Part shown: positions 60,090 to 64,000 of the stretch, one piece after another
Position numbering within the stretch: the stretch's first letter is position 1
Layout: each line of letters opens with the position of its first letter
Source of the DNA: the human T2T-CHM13v2.0 reference genome, Homo sapiens
Direction: 5' to 3' (one strand)
Assembly: GCF_009914755.1 (NCBI RefSeq)
Contig: NC_060941.1
Length of the DNA stretch: 64,000 nt
Translations under genes and position numbers: made by a program
Notes under the pieces: model-generated
What the model was told of the DNA's origin: nothing
What the model saw: the letters and a program-made list of their open reading frames with translations, nothing else
The model's database searches: none

Positions 60090-60540
60090 TGTCAGTTGTA
60101 CATGATTACAAACACAGCTTTAGTTGTCTTCAGCAAAACAGAATGTATTGACTACCTTCCAGGATAAGGGATACACAGGTAGATTCAAGGCATCAAGTGA
60201 TCTCAACAGAACCTGGCATTTCTCCAGCTCTCAGCTGTACTTTCTTTCACTTTGATTTTGTTTTCAGGCTCCATGAGGTGGCAGTATGACTTGCTAGGAA
60301 CCCAGGTCTTCATCTCTCCAAACTCAAGTTGAGCAGGAAAACAAGAGTAGATTTTCTCAGTTGTTTTTACAGAAGCCACAGGATTTACTCTAATTGGTCC
60401 AACTTGGATGGTTTCCCATTCCTGAACTAATCACTTTTGGCCAAAGGAATGGGGTTGTCTAACTGGCTAAACCTGAATCACAGGGTTTCAGAGTAAAGAA
60501 AGAAGGAAATGTTATTGGAAGAAAAAGCAATGTTTGCTAG
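60090..60540 (-). mobile_element. Old MLT1 (K/L-like) LTR
   Basis: cccattcctgaactaatcact...ggccaaaggaatgg motif. Confidence 0.55.
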
Positions 60541-60545
60541 TTTTA

Positions 60546-60951
<406 letters not shown>

Positions 60952-61734
60952 CTATTGAGCAACATAAAAAGGATTTAAATTTAAAAAACAATATAATTTT
61001 TTCCTGGAAAAGACTCAATATGAAACGATATATATTTTTTCCAAATCTATAAATTTAATGTGATCCCAAACACAATAGCAACAGGTTTTTCTGCCCAAAC
61101 TTGTCAAAATGTTTAGAAAGTTCATCTGGAAAAATAAACATAAAACTACCCAAGTGACATCCTTTAAAATTAAGAGTAATAGGTAGGAAAACTAGACCTC
61201 CCGATATTAAAACATTTTAAAGTTATGGTAACTTAAAGAGAATGGTAGCATTATAGAAATAGATGCTGAGATGAGTGAAGCAGAACACAATCAAGAAGCA
61301 TATAAATGTTTAATATTTTAATGGTTATTTAATTTATATAACAGTTTACATATTTATTTTTTCAACAAGCATCTAATGTAGACCCTGCTATCTGCTAGGT
61401 ACTATACTATGGCTTGTCAAGGGCAATTAAGACAGTCTGTATCTGCAGTCTAATTTGGAGATGAAGAACATGGACTTTTGAGTCAGACAGACCTAGGATT
61501 GAGAATGATGTTACCTATTTGTGAAATGTTCTAGAGGCATAGAATGTAGCAAATACTCAGTAAATGTTATTTATTATTACCAAAAGTGGTTAAGAGCTTT
61601 AATAGACAGCGTGAACAAAGTATAATGGGAACACAGGGGAAGGAGCAACTGGGAGTGGTATGAACAGATCTAGTGATTTACCAATGTTAGAGGAAACTGA
61701 TATTACTTCCTCTAACCAAGTTAATCTGTCTATA

Positions 61735-62472
<738 letters not shown>

Positions 62473-62865
62473 TTATTATCTGGGAACTATCCTGATAGTT
62501 AATATGTTATTCGTTTCACCCTACTCCATTCTCCCTCAAAGTTTCTAAATTCACTTGATTGTTTTGTAATCCTGTTATGGCTATGTCAGATGAGGACACA
62601 TCCATCTCAGGGTCTGCATTTGGGGGCCTATACTGCTGCAGAGACCAGATAGGTTGCAGTGATACAAGCAGGTAATTGCTGGCTGGAAGAAATAGTCTCT
62701 GGCAGCTAGTGCTTAAATAAAAATTGGAGTTGCTCAAAACAATCAAAATGTTGGATTGTCTATTGGCCTCAGTTTCCTTCTTCTATATACCTCCACAGGC
62801 TGTCTTTGCTCTTTGTCTTTTCTCTTTTAAATTCACCCTTGGTTTTCAGTTACATAAAAATGCTA

Positions 62866-63985
<1,120 letters not shown>

Positions 63986-64000
63986 AGAAGACAAAACCAC

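Overview
Human (or great-ape) genomic DNA, dominated by Alu and other repeats. The only protein-coding sequence I can support is one 119-bp internal exon on the + strand (55724-55842, canonical AG/GT) encoding (Y)[39 protein letters not shown](E), which I recognise as PPM1E (POPX1/CaMKP-N) exon 2. The window is therefore the distal part of the long PPM1E intron 1, exon 2, and the start of intron 2. The rest is nested interspersed repeats: dozens of Alu/FLAM/FAM copies, old and young L1s, L2/MIR, solo LTRs (LTR10-like, MER21 x2, LTR8, MER41A, MLT1, MST) and DNA transposons (Tigger1, Tigger3a/MER7A, MER5A, MER3). There are three small-RNA retrocopies: a tailless 5S rRNA fragment, a Y3 RNA copy, and a 7SL copy split by an Alu. 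Nearly all ORFs in the track are Alu/L1/Tigger artefacts. I see no evidence of a new gene system. The most unusual signal is a cluster of apparently templated (copy-paste) insertions inside an old L1 at about 5.5-6.8 kb. Repeat subfamily calls are from memory of consensus sequences. Repeat boundaries are approximate unless TSDs are quoted.
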